From the IMG/VR virus record IMGVR_UViG_3300016649_000564: a stretch of DNA of 64,000 nt; one strand, given 5' to 3'. This document shows positions 38,159-46,526 of the stretch, one piece after another; within the stretch, counting starts at the first letter, position 1; each line of letters opens with the position of its first letter. The translations under genes and the position numbers were made by a program. The notes beneath the pieces were generated by a model. That model did no database searches. It was not told the origin of the DNA and worked only from the letters and a program-made list of their open reading frames with translations. This DNA comes from an uncultured virus (IMG/VR IMGVR_UViG_3300016649_000564). Lineage: Duplodnaviria > Heunggongvirae > Uroviricota > Caudoviricetes.

Positions 38159-38423
38159 GTGGCTTGAAAGGGCCCAAACGCCGGCCAGATCTTAGGGATC
38201 GAAACCGGCACCGTGCCGAGGCGAACAATCCGTTGTTCACCTCTGGCGCAACAGCTGCCCAATCTGTGGTGGAGAAGGCAGCAACCCGAGACATCCGTGT
38301 CTTGGCAGCGCGATAAAGGGAGGTGGTTTGCATGTGGTGTGCCCTCCTACCTTCGTCGCGACCCGACAGCACTGTGGTGGTGTGTGCCGGGAGGAACTGG
38401 GCGACCTTTGGGTCGCCTTTTTT
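38159..38423 (+). ncRNA. Predicted multi-hairpin small RNA antisense to the cro-cII interval
   Basis: Extended -10 TGTTACATT at 38144-38152, several hairpins (two UCCG loops, three UGUGGUG loops), intrinsic terminator at 38400-38423. Confidence 0.5.
38400..38423 (+). terminator. Intrinsic terminator on the + strand
   Basis: GGCGACC-TTTG-GGTCGCC followed by T6. Confidence 0.8.
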
Positions 38424-38427
38424 CTAT

Positions 38428-38688
38428 CTATGCTGCAGCTTTCTGAGGTGCCGATGCGTTGAGCAACCAGGCAGCATCGAATGCATTGCCCTTCTGCTCT
38501 GCGGCGCTCGCTAAAAGTTTGGCGTAGTGGGTTTCACCGGTGTAATCGGTGCGGGGAAGGCTGGCAGCCAAGCGCCATTTATTGAGCGCCTGATAGCTCC
38601 TTTCACACACTTTGGCGGCGGCACCAATGCCGCCTACTGCTTCAAATGCGAACGCGATGGCGTTCGGAAAATCTGCGGGGTCCAACAT
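38428..38688 (-). CDS. Cro-like repressor
   Basis: GGAGG RBS; GG..AAA..C..SYQALNKW HTH; divergent from cI. Confidence 0.85.
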   Translation of the reverse strand: MLDPADFPNAIAFAFEAVGGIGAAAKVCERSYQALNKWRLAASLPRTDYTGETHYAKLLASAAEQKGNAFDAAWLLNASAPQKAAA

Positions 38689-38703
38689 GGCAACCTCCAT
38701 TTA

Positions 38704-38774
38704 TCAACTCACGGTTGATATTAACATCAACTGACTATTGCGCAAGCCCTGTGAGAGCATCAACTCATGGTTGA
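38704..38774. promoter_or_regulatory. OR-like operators (TCAAC-N5-GTTGA) and cro promoter
   Basis: Perfect sites at 38704-38718 and 38760-38774, degenerate site at 38727-38741. Confidence 0.8.
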
Positions 38775-39492
38775 TAAGAACGAACTACGGGCAGCTTTCA
38801 CGGCGCGCCTTCACGAAGCACTCGACGATGCCGGTGTACGCACCCGGGGACGTGGGGCGGATATTCATAGGCATTTGGTGAAGGTTGGGGCGGAAAAAAG
38901 CCCACAGGCCATTAGTAAGTGGCTGAATTGTGAATCCGTCCCTGAGCCCGACAGCATGGCTGTACTGTGTTCTTGGCTGAAAGTGCGGAGGGAGTGGCTG
39001 GAGTATGGCGTGTTGCCTAAAGAGCAAACAGGGGGCAGTAATATCCGCCAGTTCAGCGCAGCGGGCGAGAGTAATGTCCTAGATGTTACCCAGCGCTTCG
39101 GAAAGGTTCCGTTGATTTCGTGGGTACAAGCCGGCGCATGGTGTGAGTCAAACTTTGAGCTGCATGACGGTGAGTCTTGGCTTTCTTGCCCTGTACCTAT
39201 CAGCAAGAGCGGTTATGCACTGAAAGTACTTGGCGACTCTATGACCAATCCTGGTCCAGGTCGCAGCTACCCAACAGGTTGCATTATTTTCGTAGACCCA
39301 GAGGCTGAATCCAAGACTGGTGATCGAGTCATTGCTAGGGTTCCTCGAACTAACGAAGCCACTTTTAAGGTGCTGGTAGAGGATGCAGGCAGACAGTTTT
39401 TAAGACCTATTAACCCGCAATACCCAATCATTGACATTACGGAGGAAACACATATTTGTGGAAAAGTGGTGGGATCTTTTATTCCTGAATGA
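38767..39492 (+). CDS. CI-like repressor (HTH + S24 autopeptidase)
   Basis: VPLISWVQAG cleavage site, GDSM Ser, TFK Lys. Confidence 0.95.
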   Translation: MVDKNELRAAFTARLHEALDDAGVRTRGRGADIHRHLVKVGAEKSPQAISKWLNCESVPEPDSMAVLCSWLKVRREWLEYGVLPKEQTGGSNIRQFSAAGESNVLDVTQRFGKVPLISWVQAGAWCESNFELHDGESWLSCPVPISKSGYALKVLGDSMTNPGPGRSYPTGCIIFVDPEAESKTGDRVIARVPRTNEATFKVLVEDAGRQFLRPINPQYPIIDITEETHICGKVVGSFIPE

Positions 39493-39518
39493 ATCGCCCG
39501 ACTATAAATCCATCTGCA

Positions 39519-40643
39519 TCAGTGTGGAAACATATGGCTAAAATTCGATGTCTTACGCGCCTTTTGAAAGTCACGTATTTGAATATCTGAAATCATTTCA
39601 TAGTCGTCATATGCTGTACTTTGGTACGCGCCCCGCCACTCCCAAGAAACCCTCAGAAAATCTGACTTATCCATATGCTTTAATAAAGAATATTTCTCGA
39701 CATAGTACTTAAGGCCGAAACCCGTTGGGGTCAGACAATTCAGATACAAAACCTTCAGTTCATCATCTGAAATCTGCGCTCTTAGAATATTGCAATACTG
39801 CCTTCGCTGAAAATATTCCATTCTAAGTTGACGCTTCGATTTCCTGCCTTTATCGGCCCCTTCCTCATATACCTCAAGCTTAAAGTTATCGATCAATTTG
39901 AGTATTTGATACATATTCCTGAAATACTGCGATAGCAGAATTTTACTTTCTTGACTTATGCAGATTTTTACCGCCTCTGATAATTTACCAAAACCTTCGA
40001 TGTTCAATCTCTCTTGCTCAGCTTTAAACTCTTGCCAAGACCCATGATTCTCGAAGTCAAAAAATCTAACCTCGACCGGGTCATTCTCATTAACCAGATC
40101 GAGTACGCCATCTACGATTACTTTAAACCTGTTTCCGTCTCCTAGACGATAGCTCGTTCTAAGTCCCTCAGCTAGACGACCATGAACATCTAAAAGCCGA
40201 AACAAAACGGATTCAAAATTCTGCCTTTCGAAAACAGTTGTTTGCTTATCTTGAATTCGGTTTGCAATTCTAGTCTCTTCCTTGGCTTCCTTAAGCTCTT
40301 TACTTTGCATCTTAATGGTAAATAACACGGCAATCAAAGCCATGAAACTCAATAACGGATTCAGCACGCCGCCAAAAAAATCGCCGATTTGCCCCATATA
40401 CTCTAGTTGTTTCGTATTAGAAAACTTGAGCAAAGGAAAATCGATATTTACTGAAATCTTAAGCCAAAGGACTAACGCAACAAATATGATCAATAGTACG
40501 CTAACAGCTAGAAATACGGGTCCAAATCTCATCCAGGACACTTTCTCATAAAAAGTTATCAAAGCTTTCCTAAAAATTATAGATATTTTTTCATTGCGTA
40601 GCCGTTTTCTGTATTCGGCCGCAAGGCGTTTTTCAACTGCCAT
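39519..40643 (-). CDS. Putative abortive-infection membrane protein (putAbiC-like) moron
   Basis: TM, GQIGDFFGG.LNP, YFRNMYQILK, Y.NILRAQ.S..EL, EKY.LL motifs; AT-rich. Confidence 0.75.
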   Translation of the reverse strand: MAVEKRLAAEYRKRLRNEKISIIFRKALITFYEKVSWMRFGPVFLAVSVLLIIFVALVLWLKISVNIDFPLLKFSNTKQLEYMGQIGDFFGGVLNPLLSFMALIAVLFTIKMQSKELKEAKEETRIANRIQDKQTTVFERQNFESVLFRLLDVHGRLAEGLRTSYRLGDGNRFKVIVDGVLDLVNENDPVEVRFFDFENHGSWQEFKAEQERLNIEGFGKLSEAVKICISQESKILLSQYFRNMYQILKLIDNFKLEVYEEGADKGRKSKRQLRMEYFQRRQYCNILRAQISDDELKVLYLNCLTPTGFGLKYYVEKYSLLKHMDKSDFLRVSWEWRGAYQSTAYDDYEMISDIQIRDFQKARKTSNFSHMFPH

Positions 40644-40772
40644 ATAAATTCCCCGTGCTTTATCCATAAGCAAGCGTTGTGCAGGCGCCCACAAAGTGGG
40701 GAATGCTATCCAAAAGCTATTACACAGTCCACAACCCAGCCCACCTCAAAAAATCTGAAACCAAGCAATTAA

Positions 40773-40812
40773 TCAACCAGAGGTTGACATTATTCAACCG
40801 CTGGTTGATATT
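40773..40812 (+). promoter_or_regulatory. pL/OL: sigma70 promoter overlapped by two operators
   Basis: TTGACA(40784)-17 bp-GATATT(40807); TCAAC-N5-GTTGA at 40773-40787 and 40794-40808. Confidence 0.85.
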
Positions 40813-40847
40813 TTGCCCACTCTCCCACCACAGAGCGAGGCAACACC

Positions 40848-41024
40848 ATGCACACCACAGCCACCCTGCACGTCCATCCGGCCGCTGCGAACCCCTCCCG
40901 CATATTCGAAATCCGCCGCCTGGCGCAAAACAGCGGCTGCGCCTTCATCTCGTCCAGACCCAAGCTGAAACAGCGCACCGCACCCGCCACCTTCGATCCA
41001 AACGGCGGAGGGCAAGCAGCATGA
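40848..41024 (+). CDS. Small hypothetical protein (58 aa, MHTTATLHVHP...), absent from the ORF track
   Basis: GAGG RBS, first ORF after pL, ATGA overlap with the next gene. Confidence 0.65.
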   Translation: MHTTATLHVHPAAANPSRIFEIRRLAQNSGCAFISSRPKLKQRTAPATFDPNGGGQAA

Positions 41025-41602
41025 GCAAGTACAAACTCGACAATCGCACCCTGACCCTGCTCAAGGCACAGGTCAACTTGACCGAAACCTTCAACCACCT
41101 CCTGCGCGCCGAGACGCAGCGTGAAGCTCTGGCCTTCCGCCTGAAAGTCGAACGCCGCAAAGTCGACACGCACTTCACTGTTGAGCTGGACAGCGAACGC
41201 CACACGCTGACCCTGACCAACAGCAAGAAGATGCACCTCAAGCTTGCAGACTTCATTGAAGAGATCGTCAACGGGCCAACCACCTCTGCCGATCCATCGC
41301 CTTTGCCACATGCAGACCGCCGCTACGGTGTGTTCGAGACTGAACACCGGCAGCAGGTATTCGACCTAGTGCAAACCGGCGGCGCCCTCAGCCTCGATAT
41401 GGGCTTTGAACAACCGATCAACCTGGCAATCCACCGTAACAAAACCCGCGCAGGCATCACCACCATCATGAGCATCGGCGTCAGGAAGCCGCGTACCAAG
41501 TGCTTCACGGTGTACGGCAGTGACGTGGAGATCTACTCCATGGTCGCCGAATCCATCACCCATCTGGCCGCTGTGGCGACACCCGCCGCGCATGCGGCCT
41601 AG
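41021..41602 (+). CDS. Phage hypothetical protein
   Basis: Start at MSKYKL with GGAGG RBS. Confidence 0.75.
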   Translation: MSKYKLDNRTLTLLKAQVNLTETFNHLLRAETQREALAFRLKVERRKVDTHFTVELDSERHTLTLTNSKKMHLKLADFIEEIVNGPTTSADPSPLPHADRRYGVFETEHRQQVFDLVQTGGALSLDMGFEQPINLAIHRNKTRAGITTIMSIGVRKPRTKCFTVYGSDVEIYSMVAESITHLAAVATPAAHAA

Positions 41603-41611
41603 GAGGCCGAG

Positions 41612-41896
41612 ATGGAACGTAGCCTCGAAAAAGCCGCCAAGTACTTTGGCCTCACCCGCCCCAAACTGATCCTACTCATGCGCCAAAAGGGCCTGCTCAA
41701 CGACCGCAACCTACCGGCCTTCCCGGTGCGGGATCGCGAGTATCTACGAGTAAAGAACAGCAACTGGTTCCATGCGAACGCCGGCATGCAGTACAGCCAG
41801 TCGACCAAGGTCCGACAAGCCGGCATCCGCTGGCTCGCCGACCAACCGGGGCTCGAACTGCCAGCCATCCCAGCAGACAACCGTGACGTGGCCTAG
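41612..41896 (+). CDS. Antirepressor KilAC-domain-like protein
   Basis: AAK.FG.....L...MRQKG, TKV...GI.WL. Confidence 0.7.
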   Translation: MERSLEKAAKYFGLTRPKLILLMRQKGLLNDRNLPAFPVRDREYLRVKNSNWFHANAGMQYSQSTKVRQAGIRWLADQPGLELPAIPADNRDVA

Positions 41897-42101
41897 AGAG
41901 TACGCCCGCCAGATCGTCGCCATGCGCACACGCGAGGAGCGCAACGCTGCGCTCCTCGAAGTGCCGGAGCATCTGCGGGAGCTGACCAAACGCCATTGCC
42001 TGAATGCTTGGAACCACCCTTCACGACTCAAACGCAAGGAGGCCGCAGCCCATGAGCAACAATATCCAGACACCGCTACGACTGCTACCCGCCCCGGATA
42101 G
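41883..42101 (+). CDS. Small phage hypothetical protein
   Basis: GTG start overlapping the previous stop; fills the gap in the operon. Confidence 0.5.
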   Translation: MTWPREYARQIVAMRTREERNAALLEVPEHLRELTKRHCLNAWNHPSRLKRKEAAAHEQQYPDTATTATRPG

Positions 42102-42378
42102 TGCCACCGTCGAGATGCTGCACCAACTCTTCGGCGACGTGCTTATCCCCCTGGAAAAGCTGCGCGTGCATTACTTCAAGAACCTCAACGAAAAGACCTT
42201 CACCGAGGCGATCGCCAACGGGCGTATTCAACTGCCGGTGACCACCCTGGACCACAGCGTCAAGGCGATCCGGTATGCCCACATCAAACACGTCGCAGCA
42301 CTGATCGACATCCGTGCTTACCGAGCGGACGAAGACATGCCTCGGCCACAAAACGATTCAACCGAACAAAACCAGTAA
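42052..42378 (+). CDS. Pyocin activator PrtN-family protein
   Basis: T..ML...FG..LIPL..L...YF, I.LPV, .A.LID. Confidence 0.75.
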   Translation: MSNNIQTPLRLLPAPDSATVEMLHQLFGDVLIPLEKLRVHYFKNLNEKTFTEAIANGRIQLPVTTLDHSVKAIRYAHIKHVAALIDIRAYRADEDMPRPQNDSTEQNQ

Positions 42379-42426
42379 CCCAGACGGCTGCCACCACCAG
42401 CCACGAAACTACCAGGAGCACACCAC

Positions 42427-42828
42427 ATGACTGCAATTCAAATTTGCGCACTGATCAGCATCGTAATCGCCGCCGGTATCCTCTACTGGGTCGGGTATCG
42501 AGGCGGCCTCACTGACGGCAAAAATGATGGCTACGACGAAGGCTATTCCGACGGCTACGTCTTGGGCCGGGACGAAGCTTCAGCCGCATACGCAGCCTCT
42601 ATCAAAGAAATGTCAGATCAATGCATGCGAACTGAACTCCTATTGAGCCGGGAACCGCAAGACCGATACACCCTTCTCGCCATTGCCGAAAAGCTGAAGC
42701 TCGCCGCAGACACTTTCCGCGCCGTTAGATCCGAAAGCCAAGCAACTCAGACACTTGCCCTACGTGAAAAAGCACTGAACATGGCTGCGCTGATGGATCG
42801 TTTCGAACTGAGGAGGGAAGCCGCATGA
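42427..42828 (+). CDS. Hypothetical protein with N-terminal membrane anchor
   Basis: AGGAG RBS; TM followed by GY..G repeats. Confidence 0.75.
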   Translation: MTAIQICALISIVIAAGILYWVGYRGGLTDGKNDGYDEGYSDGYVLGRDEASAAYAASIKEMSDQCMRTELLLSREPQDRYTLLAIAEKLKLAADTFRAVRSESQATQTLALREKALNMAALMDRFELRREAA

Positions 42829-43367
42829 ACTGGATCCTCACCTCCACCGGCAAGCGCTTCGACCTGTTCGAGCCCGACGCCGACATGATCGACCCACGGG
42901 ACATCTCGCACTCGCTGTCCCACCTGTGCCGCTTCAACGGCCACACCCGCGAGTTCTACAGCGTGGCCCAGCACAGCTGCATCGTCGCCGAGCTGGTGCC
43001 GGAAGAGTACAAGCTCGCGGCCTTGCTCCACGATGCCGCCGAGGCGTACGTGGGCGATATGACTCGGCCACTCAAGCAGTGGATTAGCGCCTACCAGCAC
43101 TTCGAGGACTGCATCTGGTGGCGCATTTGCGAGCGGTTCGACATCGATCCTGAACTGCCCGCCTGCATCTACAAGGCCGACTTGATTGCGCTGGCGACCG
43201 AACGCCGCGACCTCATGCCAACCGATCCGGCTATCTGGGATTGCTTGGTCGGCATCGAACCCATCGCCGAAACCATCCGCCCATGGCCTGCAGCAGAAGC
43301 TCGACTCACCTATCACCAGCGCCTGATGGACCAACTCGCTATCGAACACCGGAGGAAAGCGGCATGA
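42825..43367 (+). CDS. HD-domain phosphohydrolase (YfbR-like)
   Basis: CRFNGH, YSVAQH, LLHDAAEAY.GD, AD. Confidence 0.9.
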   Translation: MNWILTSTGKRFDLFEPDADMIDPRDISHSLSHLCRFNGHTREFYSVAQHSCIVAELVPEEYKLAALLHDAAEAYVGDMTRPLKQWISAYQHFEDCIWWRICERFDIDPELPACIYKADLIALATERRDLMPTDPAIWDCLVGIEPIAETIRPWPAAEARLTYHQRLMDQLAIEHRRKAA

Positions 43368-43861
43368 AGAACCACCAGGACAACACCAACGCCCTGCCCG
43401 CTTTGCTCCGCACAGCCAATGGTGGCGACACGCTAGAAACAAACAGTCTCTGCTGCGCAGCAGCAGGCATTACTGCTCCTATCAGCGCCACTGCCGAGGC
43501 ACTTATACCCCACAAAAAGCTGCGCGAGGCAGCGCTCGCTGATGCAACGCTAAACGCTCAGAAACGCCCGCTCGCGCAGCCTGCCGTGGGGTATACGCAG
43601 CATTCACCCACCAGAACTATAGAAACTGAAATTTTCTCTGACGAAGAACTGGCCGACCTGACTGGATACAAGCAGCGTGCCCATCAACGAAGATGGCTCA
43701 ACGACCGCAATTGGATATTCGTTGAGAGCCGTGGTGGCCGCCCATTGGTCGGGCGCATGTACGCTCGTATGAAGCTTGGCATGATCAGTCCAGCGTTCGC
43801 AGAACAGAGCACACCGCCGCTGAGACCAGCTTGGACACCTGACTTCTCCAGGGTGAACTGA
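43364..43861 (+). CDS. DUF4224-like excisionase candidate with long N-terminal extension
   Basis: SDEELADLTGYKQ...Q..WL...G.PLV, immediately before the integrase. Confidence 0.65.
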   Translation: MKNHQDNTNALPALLRTANGGDTLETNSLCCAAAGITAPISATAEALIPHKKLREAALADATLNAQKRPLAQPAVGYTQHSPTRTIETEIFSDEELADLTGYKQRAHQRRWLNDRNWIFVESRGGRPLVGRMYARMKLGMISPAFAEQSTPPLRPAWTPDFSRVN

Positions 43862-43862
43862 G

Positions 43863-44912
43863 ATGCGACCTCGAAACACTGAAAACAGGGACTTACCGCC
43901 CGGAATGGTGCGGAGAAAACGCCCTCGCAAGAACGGTAAAGTGTGGGTTGGTTATTACTACAGAGACTCAAGGGGAAAGGAGATCCCACTTGGGGGAGAC
44001 TTGAGCAAAGCCCGATTGAAGTGGGCAGAGCTTGAGTCCAAGGAAAAGCCAGCCGATCTGACGATGATGAAGGGGATCTTTGATCGATACGCCCGCGACG
44101 TCATTCCGAAAAAAGGTGAGCGTACCCAGAAGGACAACCTAGCCGAGCTCAAACAATTGCGGCCCATGTTCGACGGGGCGCCCATCGACTCAATCACACC
44201 AGCCAGTATCGCCGGATACCGCGACGCCCGTACCGCCAAGGTACGGGCCAATCGGGAAATAGCCCTACTCTCCCACGTGTTCAACATGGCGCGCGAATGG
44301 GGCCTGACCGAGCGGGAGAATCCGTGCCAGGGCATCCGCAAGAACAAGGAAACACCACGTGATTACTACGCCAACGCCGCGGTTTGGGATGCGGTCTACG
44401 GGATGGCTGAGCCGGAACTCAAGGAAGCCATGGACCTGGGCTACCTGACAGGCCAGCGGCCAGCAGACGTGATTGTCATGCGCAAGGACGACGTAGAGGG
44501 CGATTACTTCTTGGTCACGCAAGGCAAGACAGGGCTGAAGCTTAGGATCCTGATGTGCACAGAGGAGGGAGAAAACAGCTTGGGTAGGTTGATTCGGGAA
44601 ATTACGGAGAGGAATGCCGGTCACGTCTCGAAGTACCTGCTGATAAACAGACACGGAAAGCGAATGACGAAGGGAATGCTGCGCTTGCGCTGGGACAAGG
44701 CGCGGGAAAAGGCTTGCGCCAAAGCAATCGAAGAGGGCGATCCGCTCCTCGCCGCAAAGATTGGCGGTTTTCAGTTCCGCGACATCCGACCGAAAGCGGC
44801 ATCGGAAATCATCGATATTGGCGATGCAAGCTTGCTTCTAGGACACAGCAAGCAGGAGATCACGAAGCGGGTTTACAGAAGGATTGGCGCCACTGCTAAA
44901 CCATCAAAATAG
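43863..44912 (+). CDS. int: Tyrosine integrase
   Basis: TGQR, Q.KT, FRDIR, LLGH, VY catalytic motifs; adjacent to att. Confidence 0.95.
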   Translation: MRPRNTENRDLPPGMVRRKRPRKNGKVWVGYYYRDSRGKEIPLGGDLSKARLKWAELESKEKPADLTMMKGIFDRYARDVIPKKGERTQKDNLAELKQLRPMFDGAPIDSITPASIAGYRDARTAKVRANREIALLSHVFNMAREWGLTERENPCQGIRKNKETPRDYYANAAVWDAVYGMAEPELKEAMDLGYLTGQRPADVIVMRKDDVEGDYFLVTQGKTGLKLRILMCTEEGENSLGRLIREITERNAGHVSKYLLINRHGKRMTKGMLRLRWDKAREKACAKAIEEGDPLLAAKIGGFQFRDIRPKAASEIIDIGDASLLLGHSKQEITKRVYRRIGATAKPSK

Positions 44913-44914
44913 CC

Positions 44915-44953
44915 AAAGTTTCGGAACGCCTACCCGAAAGTTTCGGAACGCCT
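44915..44953 (+). repeat. 17-bp direct repeat, probable integrase arm-type sites
   Basis: AAAGTTTCGGAACGCCT at 44915-44931 and 44937-44953. Confidence 0.8.
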
Positions 44954-44993
44954 CTCAAAAACCGTCGTATTCCACCCAAACCCCAGAAACACA

Positions 44994-45016
44994 AAAGCCC
45001 CGCATTGCGGGGCTTT
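44994..45016 (-). terminator. Terminator downstream of the tRNA 3' end (possibly bidirectional)
   Basis: AAAGCCCCGC-ATT-GCGGGGCTTT. Confidence 0.8.
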
Positions 45017-45027
45017 CGTTTGAATCT

Positions 45028-45088
45028 TGGCGGGAAACCAGGGATTCGAACCCTGGGAACGCTATTAACGTTCGCCGGTTTTCAAGAC
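45028..45088 (-). tRNA. 3' fragment of tRNA-Ser(TGA) forming the att junction between the two prophages; not a complete tRNA
   Basis: Minus strand: anticodon loop CTTGAAA, long variable arm, GGTTCGAATCC, GCCA end; 5' half and D-arm missing. Confidence 0.88.
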
Positions 45089-45106
45089 TGCCGGCTTAAT
45101 CTTATC

Positions 45107-45206
45107 TATCAATAACTTAGGATCAGATCATTTCCGCAAAATAACATTTTTGGCTGATTGGAAAGCCGCGCAGATCAAAGGGCGCGCATCAGGTTGCGGA
45201 AATGAT
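45107..45206. promoter_or_regulatory. att arm of prophage 2: IHF site plus 13-bp inverted repeat
   Basis: TATCAATAACTTA fits WATCAANNNNTTR; ATCATTTCCGCAA at 45127-45139 inverted at 45194-45206. Confidence 0.65.
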
Positions 45207-45248
45207 TTATCCCCTTCCCCGGCGTTCTGCCGACCGAACACAATCCCC

Positions 45249-46526
45249 CTATTTGCATGCCACCGACCAAAGCTGATCAAGCTTCGTGGTGTAGCTCTGG
45301 CTCATCATTTCACGCCGCATCCCCCAGTCAGGATTCGTCGGCACACTGGCCGACCGCAGCGTTCCCCTTCCCCACCGTTCGTTGATCTGGTCCAGCACGG
45401 TCATCACTCTGGTGGCCTCGGCCGGCTGTGACACGGCGAATAGATCATCCGTGTATTCGCCTGGCTGGCACAGGTTGAGCAACATCACCTCAGCCTTGCT
45501 GTACTTGAAGCCTGGTCGAAAAATTCGATCCATGGCGTCCACCGCCGCCTTGGTTAGCAATCGCACGTCGTCGGTGGGAAACGGCATATCCACCACCACG
45601 CCATTGGCATACTTCGCTTCCTCCGGATTGAACATCCCTGTACGGATGCAGACACGGATCTTTTTGCACAACGAGTTCTGTGCGCGCAGCTTTTCCGATG
45701 CCCGCATCATGTAGGTGGCCACGGCTTCCTTGATCGGGGCCAACTCAGTCAGCCGCTTTCCGAACATCCGGCTGCAGCATATTTCCTGCTTTGGCGGATC
45801 GGGCTCGTCCAGCTCTAGGCAAGACGTGCCGGCAAGCTCACGCGCCGTCTTTTCGATCACTACGCTAAATTTCTTTCGAAGCGTCCACGGATCAGCCTTG
45901 GCCAAGTCCATCGCTGTCTTGATTCCCATTGCGTCAAGGTGAAGTTTCATCTTCCGCCCGACACCCCACACCTCGCAAACGTCTGTATTGCGCAACACCC
46001 AGTCACGCTTGACGGGGTCGGTGATGTTCACTATACCGCCAGTCTGGGCTTGCAGGCGTTTCGCCGTGTGGTTGGCCAGCTTGGCCAGGGTCTTCGTGCT
46101 GGCGATTCCAACGCCGACCGGGATGCCGGTGCACTGAAGAACGCGTGCGCGAATTTGGCGTCCCAGAGCATCCAGACCTTCGATACCGGTCAGATCGGCG
46201 AAGGCTTCGTCAATGCTGTAGATCTCCACAGCGGGCACCATGCTCTCGATCAGCGTCATGACTCGCTCGCTCATGTCGCCGTACAGCGCATAGTTGGATG
46301 AGAACGGCACTATTCCGTGCTGCTTGAGCTTATGCTTGATCTGGAAGTACGGTTCGCCCATTTTAATGAAAGGCTTTGCGTCGTAGCTCCTGGCGATTAC
46401 GCAGCCGTCGTTATTGCTGAGGACGACGATGGGCACCTTGGCCAAATCCGGGCGAAACACGCGCTCGCAGCTGGCATAGAAGCTGTTGCAGTCGATCAGG
46501 GCAAATACTGGTGCCGACTTAGACAT
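45249..46526 (-). CDS. umuC: Y-family DNA polymerase V catalytic subunit (UmuC/RulB)
   Basis: DCNSFYASCE, VLSNNDGC, YSIDEAF, C-terminal W.MRR...S..YTT. Confidence 0.96.
   Translation of the reverse strand: MSKSAPVFALIDCNSFYASCERVFRPDLAKVPIVVLSNNDGCVIARSYDAKPFIKMGEPYFQIKHKLKQHGIVPFSSNYALYGDMSERVMTLIESMVPAVEIYSIDEAFADLTGIEGLDALGRQIRARVLQCTGIPVGVGIASTKTLAKLANHTAKRLQAQTGGIVNITDPVKRDWVLRNTDVCEVWGVGRKMKLHLDAMGIKTAMDLAKADPWTLRKKFSVVIEKTARELAGTSCLELDEPDPPKQEICCSRMFGKRLTELAPIKEAVATYMMRASEKLRAQNSLCKKIRVCIRTGMFNPEEAKYANGVVVDMPFPTDDVRLLTKAAVDAMDRIFRPGFKYSKAEVMLLNLCQPGEYTDDLFAVSQPAEATRVMTVLDQINERWGRGTLRSASVPTNPDWGMRREMMSQSYTTKLDQLWSVACK

Larger units (their letters stand above)
11188..45088. mobile_element. 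Prophage 1: temperate phage, lambda-like head plus P2-like contractile tail, integrated at tRNA-Ser 3' end (left boundary not identified)
   Basis: Complete ordered gene set from integrase through immunity, replication, packaging, head, tail and lysis. Confidence 0.92.

Noticed and set aside
40679..41020. N-terminal extension of the 41021 gene in the ORF track
   Set aside because: Overlaps pL/OL and a better-supported small ORF (40848-41024) in another frame
45028..45120. Complete functional tRNA-Ser gene
   Set aside because: Sequence 5' of the anticodon stem cannot form the D-arm or acceptor stem; only the 3' part is present
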